This document shows, piece by piece, positions 29,371 to 43,277 of a stretch of 64,000 nt of DNA; the first letter of the stretch is position 1, and each line of letters starts with the position of its first letter. The notes under the pieces were generated by a model. That model was given only the letters and a program-made list of their open reading frames with translations, had not been told where the DNA came from and searched no databases. The position numbers and the translations under genes were made by a program. Source of the stretch: Phaeosaccion multiseriatum (Eukaryota; Protista; Ochrophyta, other classes). The DNA is taken from contig OZ218964.1 of assembly GCA_965112735.1 (NCBI GenBank), positions 2,604,001-2,668,000 of the forward strand, read 5' to 3'.

Positions 29371-30838
29371 ATGCCTTTCTACCTTCCCAAGAAGGCCTGC
29401 GGGCTTGCTCTCGCCGTCGTGGGCGTCTGCTCCATGATCGGAGGAGGCCAGGCCACTAGCCCCGCCATCACCCCCGCCACGACCCCCGCGCCAACCGCCG
29501 CACCCACGGAGATTGCGGTGGTGAGTATGGGCCTACTCTAATCGTCCCAACCACACCCTGCGTGCGTTGCCATGACACTCCGACCCTCCCTTCCCTTCCC
29601 TTCCCTGCCTTCTGCCCTCCACAAAGGACACCATCACGGAGACCTTCGAGGGCGCCGGCACCATTGAGGTTGCCAACGACCAGCGCCGTCTGGCCATCGG
29701 CGACCCAGCCCCCCTCGAGCTCTTCGACGCCGTGCGCGTCATCGTCGAGGGCGCCGTCGAGACGGCTGCCGCCGACGCCGGGGCCATCGCCAGCGATTTG
29801 TCTTCCTTGGGCCTGGTGGAGATTGAGGGAACCAACCCCATCGCCATCACCTACGACCTGGCCTTCACCGCCACCTTCGAGCTGGAGGTGGGCACCGACG
29901 TGGACCTGGACGACATTGCTGTGACCATCACCGCGGAAATTGTGGCTGGGGCCGCCGAAGCTGAGATTAACCTCTCCAACCTCACCACCATTCCGGTCAC
30001 TGTCGCCGTCACCCCTGCCCCCACCGCCGCCCCCACCGCTGCCCCCACCACGGCGGCCCCTGTCTGCGTGCCCGGACCCGACGTGCCTACCGCCGAGTGT
30101 ATGGACTGCCAGGCCCTCTGCGCCGCTCAGGGAACCACCTGCTTCATCGACGAAACCTGCCCTTACACCCAGGGCGGTCTGGGATGCAACTTGTTCGGCA
30201 TTCCCAACTGCCGCGGTTGTGGTGGAAGCGGCATCTTCGCCAGCATCACCTGCGGAGCTTGCCCCATGGAGCCTTCCACTGAGTGCGCCCCTGCCCCCGC
30301 CCCCACCATGGCGCCGGTCATGGCCCCCACCCTCATGCCCGTGACCGCTCCCTCCCCCGTCACCTCCGCCCCTGTGGCCATCACCGCCGCCCCTGTGGCC
30401 GTCACAGCCCAGCCCGTCACTCCCGTCGTGGACGAGTGCACCGACTACTGCTCCACCTACTACCCCAACGACTTGTCCTGCTACACGGACCCTATCTGCG
30501 CGGACGGAGCAGCTGGATGCGGAGCCCACGCCAGCGTCCGCAGCAGCAGCGGAGTGCTCGCCGACGCCCTGTGCCGCTTCTGCGGTGGCGATTTCCCTGC
30601 CTGCCCTACTGGCGACTCCGGACCCACACCCACACCCACGCCCGTCACTGCCGCACCTGTGGTCGTCGTCACACCCACTCCCACCACCGCCCCCACTTCT
30701 CCCGCCGACGAGTGCTCCGTCATGTGCTCCACCATGCACCCTACCGCACCTCCCTGCGTGACGGACCCCACCTGCGCCACCCGCCCAGGCGTCGGATGCA
30801 ACGCCCACGGAGTGGAGCTCTGCCGTTTCCAGTACTAG
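29371..30838 (+). CDS. Secreted Cys-rich/mucin-like protein (exons 29371-29520, 29627-30838)
   Basis: Signal-peptide-like MLSTFPRRPAGLALAVVGVCSMIGGGQA, an acidic domain containing QRRL, PTAAPT-type linkers, and three modules of the form C..C...C..D.TC...G.GC....CR[FG]. Strong C-ending codon bias and an in-frame GT-AG intron. Confidence 0.85.
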
Positions 30839-31173
30839 GATAAGTAACTCCAGCCGCGGGGTTGCCCTTCAGGCCCTCGCTGGTGGCGGGGATGGGCTTT
30901 GTAGCTAGGTAGGCAAGATAGTAGTCGACCAGAATGTAGAGCCTCTTTGCTGCGGTGCCCAAGATGTGTATAGGTGTAGCGCATATAATTAAAAAAAATC
31001 GAAAGCAAACAAGTGAACGTTTTCCTCTGCCGAGTCTTGGGTCTCTCTCACCCCTCTCCTCTTCATCTTCTGGTGATGACATCCCCACCCCCCTTGCTCT
31101 CCCATCGGGAAGCTGCGCATAATAAGTTTCACAAGAATGGACTTCTCAGTAAGTCACTACACTGTCTAGGAAG

Positions 31174-33024
31174 TCAATGAGGGGAGGCGGCAGCGGGTGA
31201 TAGCAGCGACAGCGTCGATGGCCGCGCAGACGGCAGCAGCAGAGGAGAGTCCCCGTCCTCCTCCTCCTCCTGCGCCCCTCCTCCTCCTCCTCCTCCTCCT
31301 CCTTCTCCTCCTCCTCCTCCTCCTTCCCCTTCCGCCCGTTGCTGCTGGACCGAGAGGAGGGCTGAGTCCACTGAGCCACAGTCGAGCGTCACAGGAGCCG
31401 CCATCACGGTGGAGCAGGAGTGCAGAGCCCGGGGCATGAGCAGTCCCAGTGAGACGGGCCCATGGGGGTCCTCGTCCTCCTCGTCGTCGTCCTCCTCCTC
31501 CTCCTCCTCCTCCTCCTCCTGCTCCTCCTGCTCCTCGTCCTCCCCTCCCTGGTGTACCACCAACTGCTGTACATGACCCTCCGAGGAGACACTGTAGTCG
31601 CTGTCGACTCCTGCCCTCCCCGCTTGGCGATACCGACCTTGCTGATGAAGACCTTGACCTTCCCCCCCCCCCCCGGAGGGATAGTGGAGGCTGTTACATA
31701 GACTACCATCTGCCGTACTGCATGAGCCGTGCCCCTCTACGCGATACGCCACCACTACGCCTCGAGCGGAGCGAGGGAGTGGTGTTGCTGCTTCTTCTCC
31801 AGGCGGAGTCCAAGGAGCAGGGTCAGGGTCAGAGATGGACTCAGCCCCCCTCCAGCCGACCAGCGATTCTTCTTCTCCTCCAAGCCGCTCCGCGCCTCCC
31901 CCTTGCGCTTCCCACCGCTGCTTCGGCAGCCCACTCTCAGCAGTATCCGCATCCGCCTCCTCCCCATATGCTTCCATCGGTGGCAGGCCGCCTCCACCCC
32001 CGCCCCCGTAGTCCTCTGGCTCAGAGCCGCGCCCAACAAGGAAGCCTGACCCGGAGACCCTCTGTGACGACCCCGGGCCGTAGGCCTGCCCCTCTTCCTG
32101 GCGCTCTCTCCCCGTGTAGTACACGCGGCCACTTTCGAGCATGCTCCTTACACTGCCATCCCCTCCAGTGCCGTCGCCTCCTCCTCCGTCAGACCCCCAG
32201 CCCGAGTCGTCGTCTGTCTGTCTGTCTGTCTGTCCGTCTGTCCTCCTTCGGCCGCCCGCCAGTGGCCGCTCTGCTCTCTCCATCCCCTCCGTCCCCTCAG
32301 TGTGGTCTTTCTCCTGTCTGACCCGACCACCGGTCTGGTCTGAGGCCGCAGAGCTGCCTGCCCTCTCTTCGCACCCGTCCGTGCTCCCGGGGGGGCTCCC
32401 CTGCCGGCGGAGCTCCCTCCCTGCCTCCTGCAGGTGCTGCTCCGACCGTCCTCGGGCACGCCGCTGCTGCCGCGCTTCTCGCTCCTCGCCCGACTGCCCC
32501 TGAACGTCTTGCTGTTGCTGTAACACCGACTGTTGCTGCTGCCTCTCCTCCTTCTCCTCCTCCTCTTGCCCCTCCTGCTGCTCCTTGGAGTCGGACGAAA
32601 AGGCGGTCTCCGCGTCGGCAGGGTAGCGATGATGGACATTCCGAAACTGCCCCCGCTTGCCCCGCCCCCGCCCCTCCTCATCGCCATCATCCCCGTTCCC
32701 CTCCTCCTCTTCGACTGCCCCGTAGCCATCCCTTGCGCCGAGCTCGAAGGAAGGAGGCCCCTCCTCCTCCCCCCCGAGGAAGACCGTGGCCTCACTGTCT
32801 CCTTCCCAGGTGGCGCTGGACAGGGTCGGCAGCATGTGGTAGGACGAGAGGCTGTGCCCGTCGTGTCTAATGGTCGGGGCAGGACTTGCACTGCCTGTGC
32901 TAAGCATGGCAGAGGCAGCGAGAGAGTAGCCCTCGGCTAACTCTGGAGGCAGGCGTGCTCTCTCCGCCTCATTGGCCGGCAGCGCTCTCGATACGACCGA
33001 TGCCGAGTCAGAGAGATCAAGTTG

Positions 33025-33064
<40 letters not shown>

Positions 33065-36000
33065 ATCATCATCAACTGTTGCTGCTTCTGTAACGCCAAC
33101 TGCTGATGGTGGGATTGACCATCCAGGGGGTCCTGCATGTACTGCTCTGAGGCCTCAGTGTCGCCCTGTGGGCCTTGGTCCTGCTTTGGCTCGCTGCCCA
33201 GTCCTCTCCACGCTGAGGTGGGAAGGTGGCCCGCTTGCTGAGAAGCGCGGTTGAGCTTACGGCCGCGGTGGGAGTAGTGCCCCTGTGGTGGGGAGAGGGA
33301 GAGGGAGAGGGAGAGGGAGAGGGCGAGGAGTGACGGACTGACGGACTGGCTGACGGACTGATGGACCGATCGACTGAATGACAGATTGACTGACTGCACG
33401 TGGAGCTTACAGCTCCACGGCTCCAAGCAAGTCGCTGAGGCATTACTTTTAGGCAGTACTTTTAGGCATTACTGACCAACACTTCACCTACCTGTGTGAG
33501 GAAACGGCGCCTCTCGGGCTCGGCCGGCGCTCTGTGCGAGGGAGCGAATATATCCTGCGGCACCCTCAGGCGCTGGACGGCCTTCAGAGCCGCCACGTCT
33601 GCCCGCTGCTGAATACGCCCCGCTTCCACCGGCGACAGCAGCAGCACCGGCTCCGACAGCGGGGGCGGGAAAGCACCCTTTGGCTGCCTTGACCCCTGCA
33701 ATGCCATCTCCACACCCAGCTCGTCCCAGACGTCTCCCGCGTTCGTCTTCATCTTGGTGGTGCTTCCGCCTCCATCTGCAGCAGCAGCGAGGGTGAGGGT
33801 GACGGCACGTGCGCTTGCGTCGTCTCCCTTCGCCCCCCTGGGCGGAGAAGAGGCTTCCCCCCTCGGACAAGGGCACTGCAGAGCATCGACTGAGAAGGGC
33901 TCTGCTGCCCTCTGTTCCAGTTTCAGTTCCTGGGCCCCGGTCTGGGAGTGATGGGCTTGCCTCGGTCCATGGGTATCTGACTGCTGCTGCTGCTGCTGTA
34001 CCACCAACTGCTGGTGCTGGTGCGGCTGGTGCGGCTGGTGCTGCTGCGGGTGCGGGTACTGATGTTGGTGCTGGTGCTGGTACTGGTGCTGCCGCTGTTG
34101 GTGCTCCGCGTAGTCGACAATCTTGCGCGCCAGGTAGCGATACCCGTGCATCACGAAGGGGGCCTGAGGGGTGTGTGTGTGCGTGTGTGTGCGTGCATGT
34201 GCGTGTGTGTGTGCATGTTTGTGTGCGTGTGCGTGTGCGTGTGTGTGTGCGTGTGTGTGCATGTGCGTGTGTGTATGCGTGTGTATGCGTGTGTATGCGT
34301 GTGTGTGTGAGCGTGTGCGTGTATGTGTGCGTGTGTGTGCGCGTATGCGTGTGCGTGTGCGTGTGCGTGCGTATGTGTGTGTGCGTGTGCAGGCGATCAA
34401 CCGTGTCACAAGCAGGTAGGTGGGAGAGATGGCGAGGCGCGAGGCAGGGAGGGAGGGAGGGAGGGAGGGAGGGAGGGAGGGAGGGAGGGAGGGAGGGAGG
34501 GAGGGGTACGAGGTCAACAGGCGAGCCCGGTCAAAGTTTAGTCGACAAGTCTTCCCGACGAGGGGTGGGGCATGCAGTGCCGAACTCTCTGAGCTTAGTA
34601 ACTTCTCTAAGCCCTTCTCCTCCACAGCAGCATGAGCACAGAAGCACAGCGCTCTCAGAGCCTCGCCCTTTCATCCATGGGCATATGGGCATCCCTTCCC
34701 TCGGCCTCCTCCCTCTCTCTCTCTCCCTGTCCGCCTGCCCTCGAGCGCAGTGTGAGTCAGTCGTCAAGCAAGTGGTCAAGCAAGTGGTCAAGCAAGTGGT
34801 CAAGCAAGCGGTCAAGCAAGCGCTACTCACCTCCTCCTCCTTGATCGTCGGCGACAGAAGCAAGTGGTGCAGCTGGGGAAAAGGCTGGCGGTGCTTGTAC
34901 TGCCCGTCCCCCCTGGGGTCTGGCCCGTCCCCCTTGGGGTAGGCGCCTCCGCAGATGATCTGGTGCGCACCCTCTGGAGTGGGTGAGCCTTGGTCCATCT
35001 GCTGCCTTCCTCCACTGCTCTCACGAGGCGAAGCAGCTGGTGAACCGGCAGCGGCCTTGCTTGACGCGTCTTCCGAGCCGTCGTTGTCATGACTATATAT
35101 GGCGTCGGGGGCATTCCCGTCCTCATTCTCATTCTCATTCTCATTCTCATTCTCATTCTCATTCTCATTCTCATTCCCATTCTCATTCTCATTCTCATTC
35201 TCATTCTCATTCTCATTCTCATTCTCATTCTCATTCTCATTCTCATTCTCGTCGTGTTCCCCGCTCGACGCCGCGGCTGCTGCCCCGATGCCGACACCTT
35301 CTGCCGTATCGCCAACTGCTGCCCCACTCACATGGTCTGCGGGAGCGGGGACTGAGACAAGCTGCGGGCGATGCCCTCTCTCTTGCACCCCCCCTGCTGC
35401 TGCTGTCCCCTCCCCGTCCACTCCCTCCTCCCCGTCCACATGCTCCTCTTCCTCTTCCTCTCCCCCTCCCCCCTCGTCTCCTTCCCCACCCTCCTCTCTG
35501 CCGCTTGGCCTTTGCTTGGCCCCCTCTCCATTCCCCTCCCCCCCCCTCCTCCTCCTCCTTCTCCGGGCCCGATGTTCCTGTCTCAGCCTCGGACTCATAG
35601 AGAAGGCATGGCTCGTGAAGGCGCTCGGAGCTATCCATTGATCATACAGCTCTGCGGTTGATGGGGTGGGTGGGAGGGGCGCGTGAGGGGTGGCGGGGTA
35701 TCAGTAAGGCAACGAACGAGCGTGTTGAGCATTGGGAGGGAGAGAGAGGGAGAGTTCAGCCGATCCGCCTTCTCTTTCTCACTCTCGCCCTCTCTTCCTC
35801 CCTCTCGCCCTCTGCCGTCCGCCTGCTCTCTCTCCCTCGCGCTCCCTCCTTCGCTCTCTCTCTTTCGCGCCGCCCCCCCGCCCCTCTGGCCCTCGCTCCC
35901 CTTCTCTCTCCCATCTCCCTCCCCTTCCCTCGCTCCCCTCCCCGCCTACTTCTCTCTCTCACCTGGTCTCGGCACCACCTCTTGGTCTTGCTGGTGCTGT

Positions 36001-38970
36001 CCCGCACCACCAGCTACAGCGCCTTCTGAGTCGCCCTCTTGCCCCCTTCCCTCCTCCTCCTCGCCCCTCCCCTCGTTGCCAACGTTCACATCAAGCGAAA
36101 AGGTTTCCACTGCGGCGTGTTCGGCCAGCAGCCCCTCTAGCCCGAAAGGCTCCTCTCGTTCTCCGCCCTTGCTCAGATCCCCCCCATCCCCCCACAGGCT
36201 CGGCCTTTCCTTCTCCTCAGGAGGGGGGGGCGATTGTTGCTGCTGTATCACCAACTGCTGCTGCTGCTGGGTCTGCTGCGGTGGCGCTCGGGGCGGTCTC
36301 GGCCTCCGTCGCAGCTTCCCACCAACAGGGCTCGGTACGCCCGCTCTCTGCCGTATGACCAATTGGTCCTGCTGCTGTCCGCTCTGTCTCCTCTTCTGCA
36401 TCCGATTCGATGGCCTTGAGCGCTTCCGCCCTCTTCTCTTCGGTCGCTGCTGCTGAATCACCAACTGGTGCCCCTGTTGCTGCTCCTCTTGTGCGGCGAT
36501 GAGTTCTTCTAACTCAATCATGGAGAGCACCGTGGAGCTCATCCCGTCCCCTCCTTCGACATCACTGCCAACCTCACGGCCAACCTCGCTTCCATCCCCC
36601 CGAGCATCTGCCTCCTCGTCGGTGGCACCCTTGTCTTCCCCCGATGAGGACGTACCTGCAACAAGACTGGGACCCGCCGGGACAGCGGCACCGACCTCCT
36701 CCACCTCCACCCCTAATGGGAGAGCACAGCGGGTATCGTCCTGAGGTGAAGCCCCCCCCCGTGGCCCGTCCTCCACCCCCTCTTCCTCCGTCGTTGCTTG
36801 TTGCTCTGGTGTATCACCAACTGTCCGCGCTGGTGTATCACCAACTGGTGTATCAGGGCTCTCCGGAGGTGCGCTTCTCTCCCCCTCCCCACAGTCCTCT
36901 CCATCTGTTTCGCGGTCGCTGCCATTGGTCGGACTCACGCCGTCGTCTCCACCTCCACCTCCTCCTCTTTCTCCTTCTGCTGCTGCTTCTGGTGCCTCTT
37001 CCTGCTCTTCTCCTTGGCCTGCTCCTCCTTCGTCTTCGTCGGCTTCTTGCGGCACTTCTGTGCCATCCACTGCCATGCCCATCTCTTCTTCTACGGCTGC
37101 TGCTGCTGCTGCTTCTGCCGCATCACCTTCAGTATACTTTGCCAAAGCTCCGTCCTGGACCATGGAGGGGCCCGCTCCGTCTTCAGGATGTCCGACCCCT
37201 TCCTGCTTCCCTCCCTGCCCCTCCTCCCCTTCCCGCTTCCTTCCCTGCACCTCCTCCCCTTCCTGCTCACTTGACTGCTCTTCTTCCTGCTTTCCTCCCT
37301 GCTCCTCTTCCCCTTCCTGCTTCCGTCCCTGTTGCTCCCTTCCTTCTTGCTCTCCGTTCTGTTGGTCCTCTTCTTCCGGCTCCCCTCCCTTCCCCTCTTC
37401 CTCTTCCTCACCCTCCTCCTCTTCCTGCTCCCCTCCCCGCTCCTCCTCCCCTCCCTTCCCCCCCTTCTGCTCCTCCTCCTCCCCCTCCCCGTCCCCTCCC
37501 CTGCCATCCATCCCACCTGATGTCCACCCATCCTGTGCTCGTGTGGTGTGCACCACTCTAGCCAGCAACGCACCCACGGCCCGAGCTGCCACCTCTTGCA
37601 CAACCACAAGGGGCGTATGCACCCGAGTAGCCTCTCCGCTGCTGCTGATGGATCGATTGGTCCTGCTGCTGCTGCTGATGGATGGATTGGTCCTGCCGCT
37701 GTTGGGGGGGCGGACGACTTCCCTGCTGCCTCCACTGCGTTCACCTTGCTGAAGTGGACTGCGGGGGCGGCTCTGATTCAAGCTTCGCCCCCCTCCTCCT
37801 CCTCTTCCTCCTCCTCCTTCTTCTCCTTCTCCTCCTCCTCCTCCTCCTCCTCCTCCTCCTCCTCCTCCTCCTCCATCGCCTTCTCCGATAGTCGTGGGCC
37901 TGCTCGCTCTCGCCCACAAGATGACGTCCGTCCCTTCTACATCATCATCTCCGCCTCCTGTTTGGCATGCCTCACCCTCGGCTCCACCCTCGCTGTCATC
38001 GCTTGGTCCCTCCTCATGGCGACCTGCTGCTGCAGCGGCGGCATACCGTCTCTGGTAGCTGGGTGGAGGTCCACCGAAGTCCCTCATCATTGCGGCTGCC
38101 TCAACGAGTTCGCTATCATCTCTGGCCCTTCTTTCCCTGGTATTGTCTGCGCCCTCTCCGCCCCCAGCGAAGGGCTTTCTCAGGAAGGGCAGCTTCCGAC
38201 TCATGACCCCAAGCTCTCCCTTGACCAAGCCAAAGTACTTGGTGGTCATGACGGGGGTGGGAGCGATAGGAACGGAAATGGGGATGACGGCAGACGCCCA
38301 TTCCTCGGTGGGGGCGAATGATAAGTGGCGCTTCCGCCCCCGCCCTTGCTGCTGTATCGCCACCTGTTGCTGCTGCCGCTGGCGGCTCTTACTGCGCGGC
38401 GACACCCCCCCCCCCCCTCCCTCCCAGACCTGCTTCACGACGCTGCTGGGGTCGAAGCGGTCCCGCCAAGGCCTCGCGAGGTTCGCCAGCTTGTCAGCCT
38501 TTGCCTGCGACACGCGACAGGTAAGGTTTGTAAACATGGCCGAGGAGAGAGAGCGATAGGTCAGGGAGGTGGTGGAGAAAGAAACTTTGGGAAAGAACGC
38601 ACCGTGCGTCGAAAAAAGGAAGTGGGGGGGCGCTATTGTGGGACATCCCAATCTCGGGAAGCAAAGGCCGGTTTACCTTCTTCCTTTCCGCTCTCTCCCT
38701 CTGCATGGCAGCTTCATAAACTCCGGCATCCACCCAAGACGGGGAGTCGCTCTCTCCCTTTTCCCTGTGGCCTTTGGACCCTGCTGATCCGGGAGGGCAC
38801 GCGAGCGAAGGCCGGAAGTCTCCGACCGTGAGGTTGAGCCTCGTCGTCCCCGCATGGCTCCCTGACCAGTCACCAACTTGCACCATCGAGAGGCGAAGGC
38901 CTTGTTCGCGCGATATGCCGCCCGCTTCTGTAACTGTATCGAGCTGAAACTCAAATTGGTGTATGGTCAT
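31174..38970 (-). CDS. Large multi-exon low-complexity (Q/E/G-rich) hypothetical protein; internal exon limits approximate
   Basis: Long minus-strand open frames (38970-38677, 38504-~35963, ~35650-34831, ~34620-34520, ~34165-33492, ~33283-31174) are separated by microsatellite introns with GT-AG ends. The first junction RKK|AKADKL is in frame. No domain recognised. Confidence 0.5.
35123..35250. repeat. (CTCATT)n hexamer repeat, read as an Asn-Glu tract on the minus strand
   Basis: About 21 visible units with one variant. Confidence 0.9.
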
Positions 38971-39160
38971 CGATTGTTATGCACTTCCCCCCCTCTATCA
39001 TCTCTGCCAGATCTCTAGAAGAGCGCGGCCTAACAGAAAAGGGGTTGGATAGGTCCAGCGGGAAAGGGGATTGGAAGGGGGCGGACGAGAGGAGCGCGCC
39101 CTAGAGATAGAGAGATCGCTCGTAGTGCAGGGGGGTGGTGGATCGCAAAGACAGCCAGCC

Positions 39161-40583
39161 ATGGAGGCTCTGGCGGGATACGGCAGCTCGGGCTCCGACG
39201 AGGGCGGGAAGGAGTCGGCCCCACCCACTAGCAGCAGCAGTGGCGGCGGCAAGCGCGGGGCCAAGTCGGGGTCAGGGCCCGCGCCGACCACCAAACTGCA
39301 GCCTAAGCTTCTTCATCGTCCGGTCATTGCAGCTCCCTCCGTGGGCGGCTACTCTACAGCGCTGGTGACCTCGAGCAACCCGCTGGACCCTAGGGCTGGC
39401 GGGCTGGGCAGGATGGTGGGGGGAAGCATCAAGGGAGGGCAGGGGGGGGCACAGGACCTTGTGCTGCACAACCCCAGGGCAGATGTGCTCTTGGCGCCCA
39501 TCCATGGGCCAGCCCACCCACACAAGAAGGACATTGCGGTGCCGGCGGGCGGGGTGAAGACACATACGGCAGGTGTGATGATGAAGGCCAACGTGGAGGA
39601 CTGGAGCTTCCACGAGCAGTACCACACCTTCCACAACTACGGGTACGCCATGGGGGCGGGGCAGGGCATGATGGTGGGCAACGAGGCGGGCTATAAGGCG
39701 AGGGACGGGGACACTGTGTACAGCGCATCAGCGGGGGACCTCAAGAGGGAGAGGAAGAGGAGGAAGCGGGAGGAGGAGGATAAAAAGCAGCTGCGAGAGG
39801 AGCGGAGGAGGAGGAAAGAAGACGGAGGAGTGGAGGAGAGCAAGGGGGGGGAGGGGGCAGAGGAGGGCACCAAGGCGGGCGGAGGGGAGGGTGACGACAG
39901 TGACATGGACGCGGAGGAGGACCACGTCGGGGACGAGGACGTGGACGGAGTGTGGGCTCCGGACCACCACAAGAGGGTCCAAACGGTACGTGTGGGTGTG
40001 GGTGTGGGTGTGAGCGTGCCGTTTTTGCCTCCCAGCAGCTGCTCGGTTGGCGGCCAGGGGCACTGCCGCTTCAAGCCACCTTCTCAGGCCTTGCCACAGG
40101 CACTTGCTCACTTTGTCGTCCTCGCACCCCACAGCCCTTGCTGCCCTGCTGCTGCCGTGTCTGGTGCCGCTCCAAATCACACACAACATGTGTGGGGGGG
40201 GCATGTAACTCGAATGGAGACCCGCAGGACAGCACAGCGCCTTGGCCGTGTATATGCATCTCCTCCCCCTCTTTCCACCAGCTTGCCACCAGCTTGCCAC
40301 CAGCTTGCACTCCGACCTTGTGAGCTGAGCTGTGTCCTGACCCTCCAACCTTGACCCCCAACCTTAACCCCCACCTTGACCCCCCCAAATGTCGGTGCTC
40401 AGGACGTGGAGAAGGGTGAGTTGACGGAGGAGCAGGAGAAGTATCGCGCCAACTATGAGGAGGAGAAGAAGGCCAAGAACAAGGACTTCGACATGGACGA
40501 GTTCACTGACAGGAGGGACGAGAGGAAGTTGGGGCACCTCCTGCCACCCAGGCACAACCGAGAAACAGGTGTGCGTGTGTGTC

Positions 40584-40625
<42 letters not shown>

Positions 40626-41279
40626 TGTGTATGTCTGTGTGTGTGCGTGTGTGCGTGCGTGTGTGTGTGCGTGTGTGGGAGGGTGTGTGGGGGGGTGTGT
40701 GGGTGTGGGGGGGGCGGGGGTTTAGGTATTTGCTTGTCTGTCTCTGTCTGTCTCTGTCTGTCTCTAACTGTGCCTTCCTACCCATATGCATCTGTCTGTG
40801 GCTCACAGATGCCACCAAGGCGACGTCCACCTTCCATGGCAAGGCCGAGACAGACTACCAAGGCCGCAGCTGGGTGCAGCCCCCCTCGGGCATGCGGCCT
40901 GGGGACGCCACGCACCAGAATTTCCCCCCGCAGCGGTGCATCCACAAGTGAGTCTCTCATCTGTGTCTCTCATCTGGTCTCGTCTGCTCCTGTCGCTGTC
41001 TCTTCTTCCTCTCTGGAAGAGATACTGGTGTCTGCCGTCCAGCACCATTTCTCCATCCATTGCCATTTTATGTCACATGCCTGAGCGGCCTCCCCTCCCC
41101 TCCCCTCCCCTCCCCCATATGCCTGCCCCTCCCTCCTTATTAGATGGACGGGCCACAGCAAGGGCGTGCAGGCCATCCGCTTCTCGCCGGGCTACGGACA
41201 CCTTCTGCTCTCCGCCAGCATGGACAGCAAGGCAAGAGGAAGGGGGAGGGGGGGAGGGGAAAGGGCGGGTCTGGGGTTA

Positions 41280-41331
<52 letters not shown>

Positions 41332-43235
41332 GACACAAACTCGCTCCTTCCCTCATCGCCAGCAATATGTTGCAAGCTCAGCATCCTCGCACCTTGCACG
41401 GGGTCGTACGTCCGTGTACTGCCATCCCCCGCTTTCTCGCACTGCAACTTGCAACCAACCATCCCGACCCCGCCCCTGGGATTGGTAACCTCCTGTCTGT
41501 CTATGCCCTGCCTCTCCCCTCCCCATCCACTGCCATCCCCTCCCTACCTCCTGCCTATGCCCTGCCTCTCCCCATCCCACCCCACCTCCTGTCTAATCTA
41601 TGCCGTGCCTCTCCCCTCCCCTCCCCATCCACTGCCATCCCCTCTCCCTTCCCTCAGATCAAGATCTGGGACGTGTACAGCGATCGAGGGGTCCGCCGCA
41701 CGTACAAGGGTCACTCCGCTGCTGTGCGGGACGTGACGTTCAACAACGACGGCAGCCGCTTTGTTAGCGCCTCCTACGACCGCTTCAGCCGCCTCTGGGA
41801 CACTGAGACGGGCCAATGCGTCAGGTGTGTATGCATGTATGTATGTATGTACGTATGTGTGTATGTATGTACGTACGTATGTATGTATGTATGTACGTAT
41901 GTGTGCATGTATCTGTGTATGTGTGCATGTATATGTGTATGTTTGCACTCAAAGTGGCCCATTCTATGTGTACAACCAATAGCTCACGCCACCCCCTCAA
42001 AACTGCGCGTCCCTCCCACCCCACCCATATGATTCCAGCGTATTTACGAACCGCAAGATGCCGTACTGTGTGACCTTCTACCCTCGCGACGACAACATCT
42101 TCCTGGCGGGGTGCAGTGACAACAAAATCATTCAGTGGGACGCAAGGAGCGGGGAGATCACGCAGGAGTACAACCACCACTTGTCGCCCGTCAACTCCGT
42201 GCTGTTTGTTGACGATGATGAGCGCTTCGTGTCTACGAGTGATGATAAGAAGGTGGGGAGTTGCTTCGGAGGGGAGGGAGGGAGGGTGGGAAGGCACAAG
42301 AGGAGAGAGGCAAGGAGGGGGGGACAGAGCAACCCCTTCCTTGTCGATGATGATGCTTGTATCACCAATTGCTGCTGCCACTACCGCAGCTGCCTCCTAT
42401 GGACCTCCTACCGCCTCTTGCATCGACCCCTTCGACCCTTAGGAGCCTCACACCACCCCCCCCCCCCCTCCCGTCAGGTGCTAATCTGGGAGTACGACAT
42501 CCCGGTGCCGATCAAGTACATTTCTGAGCCTGAGATGCACTCGATGCCCGCCACGGCTCTGCATCCGTCGGGCGGCTTTTGGGTGGGGCAGAGCCTCGAT
42601 AATCGCATCCTTACTTGGGGCGCAAGGGACAAGTTTAGAGAGAACAAGAAGAAGGTAAGAAGGAAGGTGGGCTTACTGACTTACTGACTCGCCCATTTAG
42701 ACGTGTAGTGTGTCACTTGTCCTCAAGTGGTTCAATCTATCCATCTTTCTAACTGTTTGTTTCTGCTGTCCCTCCTCCCTGTGCTGAGAAGGTGTTCAAG
42801 GGACATACCAACGCCGGTTACGCGTGCCGCATGGACTTCTCCCCCTCGGGCAAGTTCCTCGCCAGCGGAGACGGAACAGGTGCGTGTGTGTGTGTGCGTG
42901 CGTGTGTGTGCGTGTGTGTGCGTGTGCGTGTGTGCGTGTGTGTGTGTGTGTGCGTGTGCGTGTGTGTGTGTGTGCTCGGCAGGTCTCTCTCTCTCTCTCT
43001 CTCTCGTTCTCTCCCTCTCTCACGCCCCTCCCCCCCTCTTCATCTCACTTGCTCCCTCCGGCCTCAACCGCCCCCGCCAGGCAAGCTATTTGTGTGGGAC
43101 TGGAACAGCAAGAAGGTCGTCAAGTCCCTCAAGGCACACGACAAGGGGCCCGCCATCGACGTCAAGTGGCACCCCAAGGAGCCGAGCTGGGTGGCCACAT
43201 GCGGATGGGACGGTCTCATTAAGCTCTGGAGATAG
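39161..43235 (+). CDS. CDC40: Pre-mRNA processing factor 17, WD40 (exons 39161-39985, 40403-40568, 40809-40947, 41144-41231, 41659-41824, 42039-42252, 42478-42654, 42792-42879, 43081-43235)
   Basis: Motifs FHEQYHTFHNYGYA, STFHGKAETDYQGRSW, WTGHSKGVQAIRF, QEYNHHLSPVN, WEYDIPVPIKYISEPEMHSMP, FKGHTNAGYAC and WHPKEPSWVATCGWDGLIKLW. Confidence 0.95.
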
Positions 43236-43241
43236 TGAGTC

Positions 43242-43277
<36 letters not shown>

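Noticed and set aside
29468-30808. 446-aa antisense ORF, and similar antisense ORFs over array exon 6
   Set aside because: They are shadows of GC3-biased sense genes that have better splice and signal-peptide support.
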